Source of the DNA: an uncultured Bacteroidia bacterium
Lineage (GTDB): Bacteria; Bacteroidota; Bacteroidia; NS11-12g; UBA9320
Direction: 5' to 3'
NCBI GenBank assembly: GCA_943846675.1
Contig: OX044357.1
Location: 1,408,500-1,472,499 of the forward strand
DNA: 64,000 nucleotides
Shown here piece after piece: positions 60,709 to 64,000 of this stretch. Under the pieces are notes generated by a model. That model saw only the letters and a list, made by a program, of their open reading frames with translations, made no database searches and was not told the DNA's origin. The position numbers and the translations under genes were made by a program. Numbering within the stretch: position 1 is the stretch's first letter; every line of letters begins with the position of its first letter.

Positions 60709-61095
60709 TTATTCTGTGTCTTTGTACGTGAAAATAGCCTGGTAGCCGTCAGTACTTGCTTTAAAAGACATTGTGCTCGCACCTATGGTTTGGAAAACAT
60801 ATTTGAATCGCTGTCCATTATGTGATGAGCAACTCATAGTGTCTCCATTGTTTTGCCATGTCCAACGGCCATCTAAACCACGAGATAGGCGCAATGTTCC
60901 ATCGTTTAAGAATTCATGCTCGATGCCTCCAGCCGACGAAGTTGAAAACCAAACTTTGTCGTATAACAAGGCTTTTTCCGAGTTACTTAGTTTACCAGTG
61001 GTACCACCCGAGGTTGAAGGTGTTTCATCACCGCCACAAGCCCCAATAAAACATACGCCGAACAACAGACTTAGATATAAAGTTACTTTCTTCAT
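60709..61095 (-). CDS. Hypothetical lipoprotein
   Basis: Signal plus lipobox (FIGACGG), 128 aa. Confidence 0.4.
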   Translation of the reverse strand: MKKVTLYLSLLFGVCFIGACGGDETPSTSGGTTGKLSNSEKALLYDKVWFSTSSAGGIEHEFLNDGTLRLSRGLDGRWTWQNNGDTMSCSSHNGQRFKYVFQTIGASTMSFKASTDGYQAIFTYKDTE

Positions 61096-61161
61096 TTTTA
61101 TAAATTTTTACTGAGCCAAAATTAGCCCATGCTAGGGTGATTTCCAACCGTTTTTGAACTG

Positions 61162-62268
61162 TTAATCCACAACACTCAAAAGTTGTCCCTTATCCCAATT
61201 TTCTACCCTTGTCTTTTTGTTCTTGTGGTTGTAAACGGTCCATTTACCGTCTTTTAAACCATTGTGAAAACTGCCTTCACTTTTACCAAAAAGACGAGAG
61301 TGTCCAATAATCCAAGGGCCATGCTTTTTACCCGCTTTGTAAGATCCTGAAGACTTAGATCCATCGTTACTCGCATGCTCAATCCACTCACCCGTTTTTA
61401 GCCCATTCGAATAGTTTCCGCGCATATCGATTTTTTGATCTACCCATTTGATGTATTCACCGTCTAGTTTGCCCGCTTTATAGTGCGCTTGTTCAATTTT
61501 GTAACCGACAGGCGATGCATTGACGGGTGGTCTATACTTGATTGAAACACCATCAAGTTTACCCATTACATAAGTTTGCTCAGACAATTTGTTGTGCTTC
61601 GGATCGTAAACGATTTTTTTTCCGTGGATGAAGCCCATGTTGTATTCGGTCTCCTCACCAATAACGCCGCTTGAATGATAGATATACGAAAAACCGTGAC
61701 GAAGACCATTTACATAGTTTACTTCTTTCCGTTTGGTTTCTATTTGTGTGTAACTAACTACGGTTCCGTGTGGCTTTCCATCTTTAAAATTTCCTTCTTG
61801 TTCTTTTTTTCCGTTTGGGAACCAAATGGTTAATGGTCCGTTCTTAACACCGTCGTCATAGTTTACTTTTCGTTTGTTAATGCCACTCTTGTAGTATTCC
61901 GTAAACACGCCATCACGTTTACCATTAACATAGTTGCATACGATTTTGTCGTTACCGTTGTCGTGAAACGAATGATATGACCCATGTCTTATTCCATTTT
62001 GATACTGCACTTTTTGATCTGTGCGGCCATTAATATACCAGCTTTTGAACCAGCCATGTATTTTTCCTTCCTTCCATTCAACACGTTGCCAATTCTTTTT
62101 GTTATCGAATAGCAAAACAGACGTACCCGTATATGGCTTGCCTTGATACAGGTAGATGTCTCCCTTTTTTTCAAGTTTTTCGAAAAAGACCTTACTCTGT
62201 GCAAATACTTGAGTGCCACCCAGAGAACTAAAAACCAAAAGAGAAATCCAAAAAGACTTTAATCGCAT
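61162..62268 (-). CDS. MORN-repeat (YwqK-like) protein
   Basis: Signal peptide, then many repeats of the G-x-W/Y-x-x-Y/W-x-N-G pattern (WYINGRTDQKVQYQNGIRHG..., WFPNGKKEQEGNFKDGKPHG...). Confidence 0.6.
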   Translation of the reverse strand: MRLKSFWISLLVFSSLGGTQVFAQSKVFFEKLEKKGDIYLYQGKPYTGTSVLLFDNKKNWQRVEWKEGKIHGWFKSWYINGRTDQKVQYQNGIRHGSYHSFHDNGNDKIVCNYVNGKRDGVFTEYYKSGINKRKVNYDDGVKNGPLTIWFPNGKKEQEGNFKDGKPHGTVVSYTQIETKRKEVNYVNGLRHGFSYIYHSSGVIGEETEYNMGFIHGKKIVYDPKHNKLSEQTYVMGKLDGVSIKYRPPVNASPVGYKIEQAHYKAGKLDGEYIKWVDQKIDMRGNYSNGLKTGEWIEHASNDGSKSSGSYKAGKKHGPWIIGHSRLFGKSEGSFHNGLKDGKWTVYNHKNKKTRVENWDKGQLLSVVD

Positions 62269-62397
62269 AAGTATATATAATACGGGTTCAAAACTAAAAC
62301 TATTGTATTACTTCAAAAACTGTGCGCAATTGTTACTGTCCTATTTTGTGAATGATTCGAGGTAGAAGGGGTGAAGGATTGAGGGATAGGAGGATTG

Positions 62398-62465
62398 AAG
62401 GATAGAATGTCTGAAGGATAGAATGTCTGAAGGATAGAATGTCTGAAGGATTGAATGTCTGAATG
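62398..62465. repeat. Tandem 16-bp repeat (aggatagaatgtctga) x3 plus a degenerate fourth unit
   Basis: Read directly from the sequence. Confidence 0.85.
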
Positions 62466-62472
62466 GGTCAAT

Positions 62473-62738
62473 ATCAACGTCAGGTTATCCAGTCCTTAGT
62501 CCTGAGTCTTCCGTCTTGAGTCTATTTTCTATATTCCTAATAAACCAACTCCTGAGGCCTAGTGGCTAATTCCTGCTATTAGAATGTCTGAATGTCGGAA
62601 TGTTTGAATGAGTCATTAATCAACGTCAGGTTATCCAGTCCTTAGTCTTGAGTCTTCCGTCTTGAGTCTCTTTTCTATATTCCTAATAAACCAACTCCTG
62701 ATGCCTAGTGGCTAATTCCTGCTGTTAGAATGTCTGAA
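62473..62738. repeat. Two ~120-bp direct repeat copies (62473-62592 and 62619-62738; about 95% identical, period 146 bp)
   Basis: atcaacgtcaggttatccagtccttagtcYtgagtcttccgtcttgagtct...cctaataaaccaactcctgaKgcctagtggctaattcctgctRttagaatgtctgaa occurs twice. Confidence 0.85.
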
Positions 62739-62794
62739 GGATTGAATGATTGAATGAGTGAAGGTGGAATGAGTGAATGAGTACAATGCATTTT

Positions 62795-62875
62795 CAACTT
62801 TCAACTTTCAATTATCAATTATCAGCTATTAGCTCTCAACTATCAGCTATCAATTATCAACTATCAATTCTCTTT
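62795..62875. repeat. Degenerate short-period repeats (caattatca / ctatcag / tcaacttt units) immediately upstream of the TerC gene
   Basis: tcaactttcaactttcaattatcaattatcagctattagctctcaactatcagctatcaattatcaactatcaattc. Confidence 0.7.
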
Positions 62876-62883
62876 CAATTTAA

Positions 62884-63996
62884 ATGCGTGTATTTTTGCG
62901 CGTCTTAAAAAACCCTATGCAAATACCTTTTTTAGCGATACAGTCGAACGAGTTAATTTTCTTTTCGATCTTTATCGTTTTCATCTTGTTTGTCTTAATG
63001 CTCGATCTGGGTATTTTTTCAAAAGAGAATAAGGTAGTAACCTTCAAAGAGTCTCTAATCTGGTCTGCTATTTGGGTTGCCTGCGCCTTTGGGTTCTTCT
63101 TTTTTCTTAAGAATTATGGTCACTTCATTCATGGGTTTACCGACCTACAGCAGCTGAAATATATCATTGAGAAATTCGAACATCCGATTGAAATTGAAGG
63201 GCATACATTCGAAACACTTACTGAAGCGTACCGTAACAATCTATCCCTTGAGTTTATTACGGGATATTTTATAGAGTATGCGTTGAGCGTCGATAATATT
63301 TTTGTGATGCTGTTAATCTTTCAAACCTTTGGCGTTAAAGAGCGGTATTACAAGCGTGTATTATTCTGGGGGATTTTGGGTGCACTCGTTATGCGTTTTA
63401 CCTTTATTTTCTTAGGTGCAGCGATCATACAACAGTTTCATTGGGTGCTTTACATCTTTGGTGCATTCTTGATTTATAGTGGTGTTAAAATTTTGATTCA
63501 AGGGGATAAGGAAGAAACCATTGATGAGAAGAACCACCCGGTTGTCAAGCTGGTAAGCAAGATTTTTCCAGTTTTTCCGAGATACGTGGGGCATAATTTC
63601 TTTATCAGAAAAGACAAAAGGACTTGGGCTACGCCTTTGTTTATTGTGTTGATGGTGATTGAAGCGTCAGACTTAATCTTTGCCGTCGACTCGGTTCCAG
63701 CCATTTTTGTAGTAACTAAAGATCCATACGTCGTTTTCTTTTCAAACATCTTTGCGATTATGGGACTGAGGTCGATGTTCTTTTTACTCGCCAATGTGGT
63801 ACACTTATTTAGATTCCTAAAGTACGGGCTTGGGGTATTGTTGACGTTTATTGGCGTCAAAATGCTGTTTCATCATTATATCGTTGAGATTTTAGGCATA
63901 GACAACAAGATGTCTTTGTTAATCATAGGCATAATTTTGGGTGGAAGTATTTTGTTATCTATCGCATTTAAAGACACCTCTTCTGACGTCAGTTGA
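62884..63996 (+). CDS. TerC-family integral membrane protein (TerC/Alx-like)
   Basis: Multiple TM helices with the conserved TerC blocks EYALSVDNIFVM and EASDLIFAVDSVPAIF. Which of the N-terminal Met codons is the true start is uncertain. Confidence 0.8.
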   Translation: MRVFLRVLKNPMQIPFLAIQSNELIFFSIFIVFILFVLMLDLGIFSKENKVVTFKESLIWSAIWVACAFGFFFFLKNYGHFIHGFTDLQQLKYIIEKFEHPIEIEGHTFETLTEAYRNNLSLEFITGYFIEYALSVDNIFVMLLIFQTFGVKERYYKRVLFWGILGALVMRFTFIFLGAAIIQQFHWVLYIFGAFLIYSGVKILIQGDKEETIDEKNHPVVKLVSKIFPVFPRYVGHNFFIRKDKRTWATPLFIVLMVIEASDLIFAVDSVPAIFVVTKDPYVVFFSNIFAIMGLRSMFFLLANVVHLFRFLKYGLGVLLTFIGVKMLFHHYIVEILGIDNKMSLLIIGIILGGSILLSIAFKDTSSDVS

Positions 63997-64000
63997 TAAT

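Noticed and set aside
1-64000. CRISPR arrays and rRNA genes
   Set aside because: I saw no regularly spaced 25-40-bp direct repeats with unique spacers anywhere. The repeat clusters at 34.1-34.35 kb and 62.3-62.9 kb have irregular units and no spacer-like architecture. I recognised no rRNA-like conserved stretches.

Overview
This window looks like a Bacteroidota chromosomal segment. Evidence: a T9SS C-terminal sorting domain on one cargo protein, TonB-dependent receptor plus DUF4249 lipoprotein pairs, an S16 with a long acidic tail, and AT-rich intergenic regions.

Most of it is housekeeping or envelope genes. Bases 1-33800 carry IMPase, a SpoU methyltransferase, an Omp85-family protein, an M48 peptidase, lysA, lpxL-like, rimM, rpsP, Lol/MacB-type ABC pairs, an ECF sigma, queD/PTPS with folE, an M1 peptidase, MscS, an Rv1355c-like E1/nitroreductase fusion next to CBS and glutamate-cysteine-ligase-family genes, an MsbA-like exporter, and a TetR-ABC-HlyD-TolC tripartite exporter. 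Bases 44400-64000 carry two TonB-dependent receptors, a di-haem cytochrome c peroxidase, GDPD, a T9SS cargo protein, an interrupted PLP decarboxylase, a SPOR protein, secA, a MORN protein and TerC.

The most interesting stretch is a ~10 kb, visibly AT-richer island at about 34.0-44.3 kb:
- Its right boundary is a large serine recombinase whose last ~35 nt overlap a tRNA-Arg(ACG) gene.
- Its left boundary is scarred by an internally deleted IS6-family remnant, a tRNA-3'-like fragment, several repeats and a frameshifted DinB-like fragment.
- It carries an XRE regulator and a six-gene, apparently translationally coupled operon: coiled-coil protein / YdjI-like SPFH-SHOCT protein / small membrane protein / TPR protein / two paralogous zinc-ribbon + leucine-rich-repeat proteins that share a conserved C-terminal module.

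I read this operon as a candidate undescribed membrane-associated stress or defence module. I found no rRNA genes and no CRISPR array.
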